DNA of 63,709 bases, the filler included. It is 5 parts of 5 records of this genome, joined end to end, with 100 filler letters (N's around TTAATTAATTAA, not from the genome) between each part and the next. Parts side by side here need not be neighbours in the genome. Positions count along the whole stretch, not along the records: positions 16,058 to 34,264 come from SRR31156797_2230; positions 34,365 to 43,091 come from SRR31156797_2238; 3 more parts are not named here. The stretch is one strand, 5' to 3'. Positions within the stretch are counted from its first letter, which is position 1; every line of letters begins with the position of its first letter. The notes below the pieces were generated by a model. The model was given only the letters and a program-made list of their open reading frames with translations, was not told where the DNA came from and made no database searches. This document shows positions 20,927 through 35,591 of this stretch, piece by piece. The position numbers were made by a program, and so were the translations under genes.

Positions 20927-21718
20927 ATGGCTAATATTTATGATGGAATGACACAAACTGCACAAAAAATTGTAAAAGATGAATTAAAAGTACAATGGAC
21001 CTATAACTCAAATTCAATAGAGGGCAATACCATATCATTGGGAGATACTGCTTTTATAATCGAATATGGACTCACTGTAAAAGGAAAATCTGTACGAGAA
21101 CACAACGAGGTCTTGGGTCATGCAAAAGCAATTGATATTATTTATAACTATTTAGAAAAAGATATTTTAACAAAGCAAGATATTTGTGATCTCCATACTG
21201 CTATACAAACAAATATAGTTGTAGATATAGAGTGTCCAATAGGTGAATATAAAGTTGTAGAAAATGGACGCTATATAAGAGTTGATGGGAAAAGAGAGTT
21301 TCAACCTTATCCACATCCTAATGATATAGAGCATCTTATGAAAATTTGGTTTGATGAGTTTGGAGATATAAAAGAAGATACTCTGAGTCTTAAAGAGTGT
21401 ATTAAAAAGTATACTAGAAGTCACATAGGATTCACCTCTATTCATCCATTTTTTGATGGTAATGGTAGAGTTGGAAGGCTTTTAGCTAATATACCGATGC
21501 TTAAAAATGGCTATTTACCTATTATTATAAGTGTAGAAAATAGAGACGAATATATACAATTTTTATCTGAGTATAATCAAAAAGTAAAATCATTAGATAA
21601 TAATTCTACTGAGCTAATAGAAGAGAATGAGTATTTTGAGAAATTATATAGTTTTTTTACTACAGAGTATAATAATTCTCAAAAAATACTTGATGAAGTA
21701 AAAAGTAAACTGAAATGA
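20927..21718 (+). CDS. Fic-family protein, class II (N-terminal inhibitory motif)
   Basis: HPFFDGNGRVGR catalytic motif and SNSIEGN inhibitory motif. Confidence 0.9.
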   Translation: MANIYDGMTQTAQKIVKDELKVQWTYNSNSIEGNTISLGDTAFIIEYGLTVKGKSVREHNEVLGHAKAIDIIYNYLEKDILTKQDICDLHTAIQTNIVVDIECPIGEYKVVENGRYIRVDGKREFQPYPHPNDIEHLMKIWFDEFGDIKEDTLSLKECIKKYTRSHIGFTSIHPFFDGNGRVGRLLANIPMLKNGYLPIIISVENRDEYIQFLSEYNQKVKSLDNNSTELIEENEYFEKLYSFFTTEYNNSQKILDEVKSKLK

Positions 21719-21854
21719 TGGGTTGGAAATTAGTAAAACTACTACTATATTTTAATATATAAGATACTAAAATATTAAACTCTGTAACCATAATGAAATA
21801 GAATATAAGTAAAATTATGATAAATAACACAATGCAAAATAAAAAAGGAATACA

Positions 21855-23504
21855 ATGCAAATAATAGAGTATGAGTTCAGTAAAGATTATGATAAGCCAG
21901 TAGCATATTTTTCAATGGAGTTTGCAATTCATCAAGCTCTTAAGATCTATTCAGGTGGGCTAGGGTTCCTAGCCGGATCACATATGAGAAGTGCTTATAA
22001 TTTAAGACAAAATATGATTGGTGTTGGTATTTTGTGGAGCTATGGATATTATGACCAAGCAAGAGATGAAGATAGAAATCTTAAAGTAGAGTTTCGAAGA
22101 AAAAGATATTATTTCTTAAAAGATCTTGGTATTCAAGTTGAAGTACTAATTGATTCAAAACCTGTATATGTAAAAGCATTTTTAGTTCCAGCCGATCTTT
22201 TTGGGTCAGCTCCTATTATTCTTCTTTCAACTGATATCCCTGAAAATGATTACCTTTCACGAACTATTACTCATAAATTGTATGATCTTCATGAGCAAAC
22301 ACGAATTGCTCAAGAGATCGTTTTAGGAATTGGTGGGGTAAAAGTATTAGAAGCGATGAATCATCATGTGGATATTTATCATATGAATGAAGGGCATTCA
22401 CTTCCAATGGTCTTTGAGCTTTATAAGAATAAATACCAAACACCAGAAGAGTTAAAAGAAGTAGTAAGATTTACAACTCATACTCCTGAAGCTGCTGGAA
22501 ATGAGATACACAATATCAATCTTTTACATAAGATGGGATTTTTTAATGGTCTAGATCTTGAAACAGTAAGAGAACTTACAAAGATGCAAGATAATGATTT
22601 TAGCTTAACAGTATCAGCTTTACGAATTGCAAAACTTGCAAATGGGGTATCGAAGATGCATGCTGAGGTTGCAAAGGGAATGTGGGAACCTTATGGAGAG
22701 ACTTGTGATATTATCCCAATTACCAATGCACAAAATAAAAGATTCTGGGCAGATAAACCATTACTTCGAGCATTAGATGAAAATGAAGATTTTGAGATCA
22801 TTGCAAGAAAAAAACACTTAAAAAGACTTCTTTTTAGTGAAGTGGCAAATCAAACAGGAAAAATGTTTGATGAAAATATTCTTACAATTGTTTGGGCAAG
22901 AAGATTTGCAGAGTATAAAAGACCTGGTCTTTTAAAATATGATTTTGCAAGATTTGAAGATATGATCACAAGAAGTGAAAAACCTATCCAAATCATTTGG
23001 GCAGGAAAACCATATCCTCATGATACAAATGCAATCAATCTATTTAATGAGCTTTCTTATGTAGCAAGAGAGTATAAAAATGTTGCAGTGATGATCGGAT
23101 ATGAATTAGAGCTTTCTCAAATGCTTAAAAAAGGTGCAGATATCTGGCTTAATACTCCAAGAATTACAAGAGAGGCAAGTGGAACAAGTGGTATGACTGC
23201 TGCTATGAATGGTGCTATTAACTTCTCGATTGCGGATGGTTGGCATCCTGAGTTTTGTAAAGAGGGAAAAAATAGCTTTACAATTACAGGGGCTGATGCA
23301 TCTTTATCAACTGAAGAGCAAGATATCAATGATAATAAATCTATGATGGATATCTTAGAGAATACTATTCTTCCAACATATTATGATAAACCAGAAAAAT
23401 GGATCAAGATCATGAAAAGCTCAATGCATGATGTATTATATGATTTTGACTCAGATAAAATGGCGCACAAATATTATAAAAAGATGTATAACGACAAAGA
23501 GTAG
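21855..23504 (+). CDS. glgP: Alpha-glucan (glycogen) phosphorylase, short type
   Basis: YFSMEF, YSGGLGFLAG, HMNEGH, TTHTP, ARRFAEYKR and EASGTSGM motifs. Confidence 0.92.
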   Translation: MQIIEYEFSKDYDKPVAYFSMEFAIHQALKIYSGGLGFLAGSHMRSAYNLRQNMIGVGILWSYGYYDQARDEDRNLKVEFRRKRYYFLKDLGIQVEVLIDSKPVYVKAFLVPADLFGSAPIILLSTDIPENDYLSRTITHKLYDLHEQTRIAQEIVLGIGGVKVLEAMNHHVDIYHMNEGHSLPMVFELYKNKYQTPEELKEVVRFTTHTPEAAGNEIHNINLLHKMGFFNGLDLETVRELTKMQDNDFSLTVSALRIAKLANGVSKMHAEVAKGMWEPYGETCDIIPITNAQNKRFWADKPLLRALDENEDFEIIARKKHLKRLLFSEVANQTGKMFDENILTIVWARRFAEYKRPGLLKYDFARFEDMITRSEKPIQIIWAGKPYPHDTNAINLFNELSYVAREYKNVAVMIGYELELSQMLKKGADIWLNTPRITREASGTSGMTAAMNGAINFSIADGWHPEFCKEGKNSFTITGADASLSTEEQDINDNKSMMDILENTILPTYYDKPEKWIKIMKSSMHDVLYDFDSDKMAHKYYKKMYNDKE

Positions 23505-24700
23505 TGAGTCCCAATAAAAAGATATATTTAGTTGGTGGAGCTGTAAGGGATAAGCTTTTAGGGCTTCCATTAAAAGATAAAGACTTTGTTGCTGTAGGCT
23601 TTCAAGAAAATGAATTTTCCCACTTACAAAAAGTGGGGAAAGACTTCCCTGTATTTTTATTAGAAGATGGCTCTGAATTAGCCCTTGCTAGGATAGAGCG
23701 TAAAATAGCAAGTGGATATAATGGTTTTGAAGCAGATACAAGTGGTGTAAGCCTTGAAGATGATCTTAAACGAAGAGATCTTACCATTAACTCTATCGCT
23801 TATGATAAAGAGAATAATCTTTACATTGATCCTTACGGCGGACAAAAAGATCTAGAAAAAAAGATCTTACGCCATACTTCAGAAGCTTTTACAGAAGATC
23901 CTCTAAGAGTTTTGCGACTTGCTAGATTTCGAGGATATCTTGGAAGTAAGTGGAAAATAGCTCCACAAACGAAAGTGTTAGTGTATCAAATGAGAGAAGA
24001 ACTTAATTCTTTACAGCCTGATAGAGTCTGGAAAGAGATAGAAAAAGTACTTTTTTTAAAAAACTCCCATATCTTTTTTGAAACCCTTTTTGAACTAGGA
24101 GTATTAGATATAATATTTCCATCACTTTATCAACTCACTACACTAAAAGAGGGAACTATCTACCACCAAGAAGCCTCAGTATTTGTTCATACAATGATGG
24201 TCTTAGAAAACTTAAAAGATCAATCTATGATCTTAAAACTCACCGCACTCTATCATGATATCGCAAAGCCATATTGCTATAGAACCTATGGAAATGGAGC
24301 TGGGCATGAAAATATTGAATTAGTAGAAACTAGAATCGATATGCAGATCCCTAAAAAGCTTTTAAAAAAAGTACTTTTTTTAATCTCACTTCATGGAAAA
24401 GTAGCGTTACTTGAAGAGATGAAACCCTCTAAAGTAGCTACTTTTTTTGAAAGTTTTAAAGGGGATAAAGAACTTTTTTTAATGCTTTTGCGATTTAAAG
24501 AAGCTGATAATAAAGGAAGGATTTGTGATGAAGAAAAACCTCCAACTGATAATGAAAAACTTCTTAACATCTTTGAACAGATAAGTTTATATAGTCCTAA
24601 AGTTTGGCTTAAAACTAAAGTCAATACCCCAAGTGGTGAAGAGATCGCTGATCATATCCATCAATATAATATCTCCATAATAAAGAAATTTTTAAAATAA
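23504..24700 (+). CDS. cca: CCA tRNA nucleotidyltransferase with HD domain
   Basis: VGGAVRD, DxD, RRDLTIN, EDPLRVLR and LYHDIAK motifs. Confidence 0.85.
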   Translation: MSPNKKIYLVGGAVRDKLLGLPLKDKDFVAVGFQENEFSHLQKVGKDFPVFLLEDGSELALARIERKIASGYNGFEADTSGVSLEDDLKRRDLTINSIAYDKENNLYIDPYGGQKDLEKKILRHTSEAFTEDPLRVLRLARFRGYLGSKWKIAPQTKVLVYQMREELNSLQPDRVWKEIEKVLFLKNSHIFFETLFELGVLDIIFPSLYQLTTLKEGTIYHQEASVFVHTMMVLENLKDQSMILKLTALYHDIAKPYCYRTYGNGAGHENIELVETRIDMQIPKKLLKKVLFLISLHGKVALLEEMKPSKVATFFESFKGDKELFLMLLRFKEADNKGRICDEEKPPTDNEKLLNIFEQISLYSPKVWLKTKVNTPSGEEIADHIHQYNISIIKKFLK

Positions 24701-25522
<822 letters not shown>

Positions 25523-25642
25523 GAAGTGTAATTACCCCTAGGATCATCACTGTTCAAAGACAGGAGAGGAATTACCTAGGATCTGCATATGTATTATATA
25601 TAAAAAGTATAAAAAACTCTATAGAATGAAGAGAGGAAATAA

Positions 25643-28287
<2,645 letters not shown>

Positions 28288-28288
28288 G

Positions 28289-29053
28289 ATGAAAGCTTTA
28301 AGTTTTGAAATAGGTGGGAAAACGGCTATATTTAAAAAGCCTGATGTAAACTCCTATGCCTATTTTACTTATAATAATATCCATAAACCAGTATTATTGG
28401 GAATTCTAGGAGCAATTATAGGATTAAATGGATATACAAAACTGTATGATCAAAATAGAGGATTAAAAAAAGGAAAGCCTGGATATAACGATGGCTATCC
28501 TGAATACTATGAAAAACTAAAAGACTTAAAAATATCTATAGTTCCATTGGCGAAAAACGGATACTTTTCTAAAAAGATTCAAACTTTTAATAACTCTGTA
28601 GGATATGCAAGTTTTGAGCAAGGTGGAAATCTAGTCATAAGGGAACAATGGCTTGAAAATCCTAAATGGCAGATATTGATTTTAGAAGATAAGAGTGAAG
28701 AGTATCAAAAGTTAAAAGAGTATCTATTGAATCGAAAAGCTATCTATATTCCCTATCTTGGGAAAAATGATCATCCTGCAAATATAGATAAAGTACAGGA
28801 GTTAGATTTGATAAAGAGCATTAAATATGATAGTCTTGATTCTTTATTTATGGAAAAGGAGTTTGAAATATCTTCTCGAGCAGGGAGAAATATATTACCG
28901 TTTTTGTTTAAAGAAAGTTCTCCTATCGCTTTACAAAGTGAATTTCATTTTTATGAAAATCAAATATTAATTTTTACAAATCAAAAAGTGCAGCTAAAGT
29001 CTAGTTATGAAAATGTATTTTCATATGATGAAAAGAATTATTTTTTCTTTTAG
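28289..29053 (+). CDS. cas5: Type I-B Cas5
   Basis: GKTAIFKKPD, LGILGAIIG and PYLGKN motifs. Confidence 0.9.
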   Translation: MKALSFEIGGKTAIFKKPDVNSYAYFTYNNIHKPVLLGILGAIIGLNGYTKLYDQNRGLKKGKPGYNDGYPEYYEKLKDLKISIVPLAKNGYFSKKIQTFNNSVGYASFEQGGNLVIREQWLENPKWQILILEDKSEEYQKLKEYLLNRKAIYIPYLGKNDHPANIDKVQELDLIKSIKYDSLDSLFMEKEFEISSRAGRNILPFLFKESSPIALQSEFHFYENQILIFTNQKVQLKSSYENVFSYDEKNYFFF

Positions 29054-29061
29054 AGTAGAAA

Positions 29062-31515
29062 ATGTATATAAAACTTGATGAGCAAAAGTATAAAAATTAT
29101 TTTGCTCATACACATAATAACAAAGAGAGTGAAACTCTTATTGAACATTCATTACTTACTAAAAAATATTTAGAAAAAATTTTACAAGAAAAAAAACTAA
29201 AACCATTACTTAATAATCTAATTGAAAATTTGGATTATGATAATAGTGATTTAATTAAGAAGTTATTTTATAATGCAATATATTTACATGATTTAGGAAA
29301 AGTAAATCCATCTTTTCAGGCAAACAAAATGGATAATGATTTATTTGAAAAAACTTCACAAAGTAGTAATCATTCTGAACTTTCAGTAGGTGAGTATAAA
29401 AAGATATTTCTTGAAGAGATACAGGCAATAGACAATGATGATACTTTTTATAAACTTAATTTTATTTTTCATTGTTTTATGTACTCTATTGGAAAGCATC
29501 ATGGGAAATTAAATTCAATAGAAGATTTTATGTGTGATGATGAGTCTTTTGAAGATATAAAGAAAAATCCCTTAGAGTTTATCTCTAATTCTTTTGAATT
29601 TTATATTTTAAATAAACTTCTTTTTTCTCTTTTAGTCTCAAGTGATTATTATGCTACTACAGAGTATATAACAGATTTACCAACTAATGAGTTTGGAATT
29701 ATACAAAATAAGCAAAAAACTATTGATAAGTTTGAAGAGTATCCGATAATTAAAAAAATAAGAGAAGGTAAAAGTATAGAGGGGATAAATAAACTTCGTT
29801 CAAAGATGTTTTTAGAAGCAGAAGCAAATTTAGTTGAGAATAATCATAAAAATATTTTTTATCTCGAGGCTCCTACAGGGAGTGGAAAAACACTGACGTC
29901 TATTAATCTTGCCATGAATTTATTAAAGCAAGAAGAGATAAATAAGATATTTTATATTTTCCCTTTCAATACTCTAATTGAACAAACAAAAAAACAGCTA
30001 GATGAGATATTTGGCAATACCTTAGATATATCTGTAATAAACTCTATTACTCCTATCAAAGAAAAAAATGATTTAGAACAGGAAGATGAAGAGAGTAAAT
30101 ACCAAAAATCATATATGGGAAGACTTTTTTTTCATAGTCAACTTATACTGACAACACATATCTCTTTTTTTGATATATTATTTGGAACTACTAAAGAGGA
30201 TAATTTTCCTTTATGGCAGCTTGCAAACAGTGTGATAATACTTGATGAGATACAAAGTTATGATAATAATCTTTGGTCATACATGATTAAGTTTTTTTCT
30301 ATTTATGCAAAAAGTTTAAATATGAAAATCATCATAATGTCTGCAACATTACCAAAAATTGATGAGTTAATTGAAGATGATAAAGAACATGATCAATGTA
30401 TCTTTCAAGAACTTATAAAAAATAAAGATGAGTATTTTCAGAGTGATTATTTTAAAAATAGAGTTGTCGTTGACTTTTCTTTATTAGAAACATATCCAAC
30501 GATAGAAGATTATGATATTATAGTTCATAAGTTAGTTGAGGAAAAAGACAAATATTCAAAAATAATATTTGAGTTCATTAAAAAAGATAGTGCTAGGAAA
30601 TTTTTTGAAGAATTAAAAAATAATAGTAAGTTTGAAGAATTTGAAATATATGAGTTAAGTGGTGATGATAATAAAGCTACAAGAGAAAAGATAATCAGAA
30701 AAATAAAAGATGGGAAAGATTTAAAAATCATATTAGTTGCAACTCAAGTTATAGAAGCTGGTGTAGATATAGATATGGATTTAGGTTTTAAAGATATCTC
30801 TACCATAGATAGTGAAGAACAGTTTTTAGGGCGAATTAATAGATCCTGTTTAAAACGTGATAGAGAATTTAAACCAAAAGTATATTTCTTTAATAAAGAT
30901 GATGAAAATAGGATTTATAAACGAGATAATCGGATAGAGGATAATTTACGAAAGGATGAATTTAAAAAAGTTCTTTTAGATAAAGATTTTAAAAACTTTT
31001 ATCAAAGAGTATTTAAACGAATCAAAAAAAATGATCTTCAAATAGAAAATGGGATATGGGGCAATTTTGAAAGTTTTAATAAAAAAGTTGAACAACTCAA
31101 TTACAAAGAGATACAAAAACAAATGAAACTTATAAATACCCAAAGTTTTAGACTTTATTTCCCTTTTAAACTTGATATTTCAGGTTATACAATTGAAGAG
31201 TTTAAAGATAAAGAAAAATTGTCAAACTATTTAGATGAAAATGATAATTTAGATGGACAGCTCTTATGGGAAGAGTTTGAACAGATAAATGACATAGATG
31301 ATTTTGCAAAAAAAGCATGTAAACGAAGTGAACTAAATTCCCTGATGCAGTTTTTTACATTTAATATTTTGAAATACTCTGAAAAACAAATGTTACCTTA
31401 TTATGAGTATGTAGTGGGAGAATTTTATTATATTTCAAATTATGATGAATTTATAAAAAATGGTAAATTTGATAGAGAAGCATATCAGAAAAAAAGTGGA
31501 GATATATATTGGTAA
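29062..31515 (+). CDS. cas3: Cas3 HD nuclease-helicase
   Basis: AHTH...HDLGK HD domain; APTGSGKT, DEIQ, SAT, QVIEAGVDID and QFLGRINR helicase motifs. Confidence 0.95.
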   Translation: MYIKLDEQKYKNYFAHTHNNKESETLIEHSLLTKKYLEKILQEKKLKPLLNNLIENLDYDNSDLIKKLFYNAIYLHDLGKVNPSFQANKMDNDLFEKTSQSSNHSELSVGEYKKIFLEEIQAIDNDDTFYKLNFIFHCFMYSIGKHHGKLNSIEDFMCDDESFEDIKKNPLEFISNSFEFYILNKLLFSLLVSSDYYATTEYITDLPTNEFGIIQNKQKTIDKFEEYPIIKKIREGKSIEGINKLRSKMFLEAEANLVENNHKNIFYLEAPTGSGKTLTSINLAMNLLKQEEINKIFYIFPFNTLIEQTKKQLDEIFGNTLDISVINSITPIKEKNDLEQEDEESKYQKSYMGRLFFHSQLILTTHISFFDILFGTTKEDNFPLWQLANSVIILDEIQSYDNNLWSYMIKFFSIYAKSLNMKIIIMSATLPKIDELIEDDKEHDQCIFQELIKNKDEYFQSDYFKNRVVVDFSLLETYPTIEDYDIIVHKLVEEKDKYSKIIFEFIKKDSARKFFEELKNNSKFEEFEIYELSGDDNKATREKIIRKIKDGKDLKIILVATQVIEAGVDIDMDLGFKDISTIDSEEQFLGRINRSCLKRDREFKPKVYFFNKDDENRIYKRDNRIEDNLRKDEFKKVLLDKDFKNFYQRVFKRIKKNDLQIENGIWGNFESFNKKVEQLNYKEIQKQMKLINTQSFRLYFPFKLDISGYTIEEFKDKEKLSNYLDENDNLDGQLLWEEFEQINDIDDFAKKACKRSELNSLMQFFTFNILKYSEKQMLPYYEYVVGEFYYISNYDEFIKNGKFDREAYQKKSGDIYW

Positions 31516-31555
31516 ATTGTGATTATATTGTTTATTTCTATAAAACTAAAATATA

Positions 31556-31564
31556 TGCTATAAT
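31556..31564 (+). promoter_or_regulatory. Extended -10 promoter of the TA module
   Basis: TGCTATAAT about 30 bp upstream of the antitoxin ATG, with an AAGGA RBS. Confidence 0.6.
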
Positions 31565-31594
31565 TCTAATAGATTAATATATAAGGATTAAAAC

Positions 31595-31840
31595 ATGACA
31601 ACCTATGGTGTTACATCAATACAAAATAAACCATCATTATTAAAAGAGATGGATATAGCTCAAATTATAGATAAAAGAGCACATAAAAGTTTAGGATATT
31701 TTATCTCTTCTAAATATGAAAAGTATATAAAATCTGCCATTGAAGAGATTGAAAAAGCCGAGAAAATAGAAAAGCTCAAAAGATTAAAAGCTCATCAAGA
31801 TATAGAGTTTTTAGAGTTAGGTGTTGATGATGGATTATAA
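31595..31840 (+). CDS. Putative type II antitoxin
   Basis: 81 aa with an acidic C-terminal tail, upstream of and overlapping a PemK/MazF gene. Confidence 0.7.
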   Translation: MTTYGVTSIQNKPSLLKEMDIAQIIDKRAHKSLGYFISSKYEKYIKSAIEEIEKAEKIEKLKRLKAHQDIEFLELGVDDGL

Positions 31841-32162
31841 AAGAGGGGATATAGTAACGATAAACTTTAATCCTAAAAAAGGGGATGAAGTGGGAAAAAT
31901 AAGACCTGCCTTGATCATATCTGGAGATGAGGAAAATCAGATACTAGATACTATTATCGTGATGCCCTTATCAACACAGTTAATAGATAGAATGGAGCCT
32001 TTTAGAATAAGACTTTTAAAAAGGGAAGGACTAAAACAAGATTCTGATATTTTAATTAATCATATAAGAAGCATGTCAAAAAAAAGAGTTGGCACTAAAA
32101 TTGCTACAGTATGTGAGCAAGAATATCAAAATATTATTTCGAATCTTTGTAAAAATTTTTGA
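31830..32162 (+). CDS. PemK/MazF family endoribonuclease toxin
   Basis: YKRGDIVTINFNPKKGDEVGKIRPALIIS...VMPLST...IRSMSKKR pattern. Confidence 0.9.
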   Translation: MDYKRGDIVTINFNPKKGDEVGKIRPALIISGDEENQILDTIIVMPLSTQLIDRMEPFRIRLLKREGLKQDSDILINHIRSMSKKRVGTKIATVCEQEYQNIISNLCKNF

Positions 32163-32231
32163 TATAAACTAGGAATAGATTCCATATTTTGGAATACTTT
32201 TATGGAATATAGTCTACATAAATGAGGATAA

Positions 32232-32729
32232 ATGAATAATATTACAGGTACCCTAATAAACTACTACTTCCACTGTAAAACCCAATGCTGGCTCCACGCC
32301 AACCGAATCAATCTAGAAGACAATAGTGAAGATGTACGAATAGGAAAAGTACTCCATGAGATCAATGAGGAAAAATCGAAAAAGGGTGAGATTAGTATAG
32401 ATAATATCAAGATTGATAAACTTACACGAGATTATCTTGTAGAGGTAAAAAAGTCTGATAGTGATCCCGAAGCGGTAAAATGGCAGGTATTGCTTTATCT
32501 TTATAAATTAAAACAAAAGGGTGTGAAGAAAAAAGGAAAGATCGAATATATCGAAAAAAACAAACAAGATAAAAAGATAGATTATATTGAATTAAACAAA
32601 GCAAATGAAGAGGAGCTTTTAGATGTCTTAGAAGAGATCCAAATCTTGATAAATCAGTCGATGCCTCCTACCCCAAAGTTTGAAAATAAATGTAAAAAAT
32701 GTGCTTATTATGAGTATTGTTTTATTTAA
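32232..32729 (+). CDS. cas4: Cas4 nuclease
   Basis: YYFHCKTQCWL, IKID, EVKKS and CKKCAYYEYC Fe-S cysteines. Confidence 0.95.
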   Translation: MNNITGTLINYYFHCKTQCWLHANRINLEDNSEDVRIGKVLHEINEEKSKKGEISIDNIKIDKLTRDYLVEVKKSDSDPEAVKWQVLLYLYKLKQKGVKKKGKIEYIEKNKQDKKIDYIELNKANEEELLDVLEEIQILINQSMPPTPKFENKCKKCAYYEYCFI

Positions 32730-32744
32730 AAAGTAAGGATAATA

Positions 32745-34060
<1,316 letters not shown>

Positions 34061-34236
34061 AACTATCAAATATTTTCCAACCTCTTTCAAATAGATATCA
34101 TCTTAAAATAGCTATAATCACTGGGTAAATTGAAGTTCTTTTACAATTTATTGTTAATTTACCAATTGATTGGAAAAAGTGCTTTAAAGGCTTTATTTAA
34201 AGGGAAGATGTTTTTTAGACTCCTTTAATGGCTTTA
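34061..34236 (+). promoter_or_regulatory. CRISPR leader
   Basis: AT-rich non-coding 176 bp between cas2 and the first repeat, containing the inverted pair TTTTCCAA (34073) / TTGGAAAA (34170). Confidence 0.7.
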
Positions 34237-34264
34237 CTTGAACCTGAACATATAATGTATTGAA
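34237..34264 (+). CRISPR. First CRISPR repeat, truncated at contig end (array not assembled)
   Basis: CTTGAACCTGAACATATAATGTATTGAA resembles 30-nt type I-B repeats of the TTGAACC...ACA...ATGTATT class, and the contig breaks here. Only one copy is visible. Confidence 0.65.
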
Positions 34265-34364
34265 NNNNNNNNNNNNNNNNNNNNNNNNNNNNNNNNNNNN
34301 NNNNNNNNTTAATTAATTAANNNNNNNNNNNNNNNNNNNNNNNNNNNNNNNNNNNNNNNNNNNN
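34265..34364. other. Artificial contig linker
   Basis: N44-TTAATTAATTAA-N44. Confidence 0.99.
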
Positions 34365-35447
34365 ATACTTCATATCTATTATACTCTGTGAATTAGCAAA
34401 ATCATTGTTTTCTATAAAAAATCTTTGTGTAACTATATCTTTTGGATTAAACAGTAATATACATTCCGAGTTTTCTCCGTCTCTTCCCGCACGTCCTGCT
34501 TCCTGATAATAACTCTCTATATCCTTAGGAATATTATTGTGAATAACAAACCTAACATTTGATTTATCTATTCCCATTCCAAATGCATTTGTAGCTATCA
34601 TGATACTTGTGTTGTCATATATGAAATCATCCTGATTTTGTTTTCTTTCACTTTCTTTTAAACCAGCATGATATTTACCAACTTTATAGCCACGCTTAGT
34701 TAATTCGTCATGCAACGAGTCAACCTCTTTTCTGGTAGAAGCATAGATTATTCCCGATTCATTAGAATTTTTCTCCAGATATTTTCTGATGAATTTTTTG
34801 TTATTTTCACCTTTTATAACTGAGAAGTGTAAGTTCTCTCTATCAAAACCACTTATAAATTCAGTTGGAATAGCTATTTCCAATTTTTCTATGATATCAC
34901 TTCGAACCTCCGGTGTTGCAGTTGCGGTAAATGCAGCCAGTACAGGTTTAGTTGGGAAAGCATTAAGAAATCTGGGAATTTCCAGATAACTTTTTCTAAA
35001 ATCGTGTCCCCATTGTGATACACAGTGAGATTCATCTATTGCAACGAAAGATATAGTGATACTATTTATTATATTCATAAAAAAATCTGAATTTAATCTT
35101 TCCGGTGCTATATAGATAATTTTGTATTCATTATTTAAGATACCAAAAGTCCTCTTTTTCAGTTCAGAGGCATTTAAACTACTATTAATATATGTAGATT
35201 CAATACCAATATTATTAAGCGAATCCACTTGATCTTTCATAAGAGAGATAAGTGGTGATATAACAAGTGTAGTTCCCTCAAATATAAGTGCAGGTATTTG
35301 ATAGCATATTGATTTACCTCCACCGGTAGGCATGATCCCCACGGTATCTTTTCCCGCTAAGATACTTGAGATTATATCCTCCTGCCCGCTTCGAAACTCT
35401 TCATATCCGTAATATTTTTTTAATAATTCTTTTGCTTTAGTTAACAT
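34365..35447 (-). CDS. recQ: DNA helicase RecQ, 3' truncated
   Basis: MPTGGGKSICYQ, SPLISLMKDQV, DESHCVSQWGHDFR and YYQEAGRAGRDG motifs. Confidence 0.97.
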
Positions 35448-35591
35448 AAATCGACCCCTTGCTTTGTTTTGTGATAGTTATATTATAAAGGGAAAGAGCA
35501 ATAAATTCAAATTATATATTTTAGTTTAAATATGGTATAATTGTATGTATTAAATTCAAATATCATTATTAACAAAATGGTGGTGAAAAAG

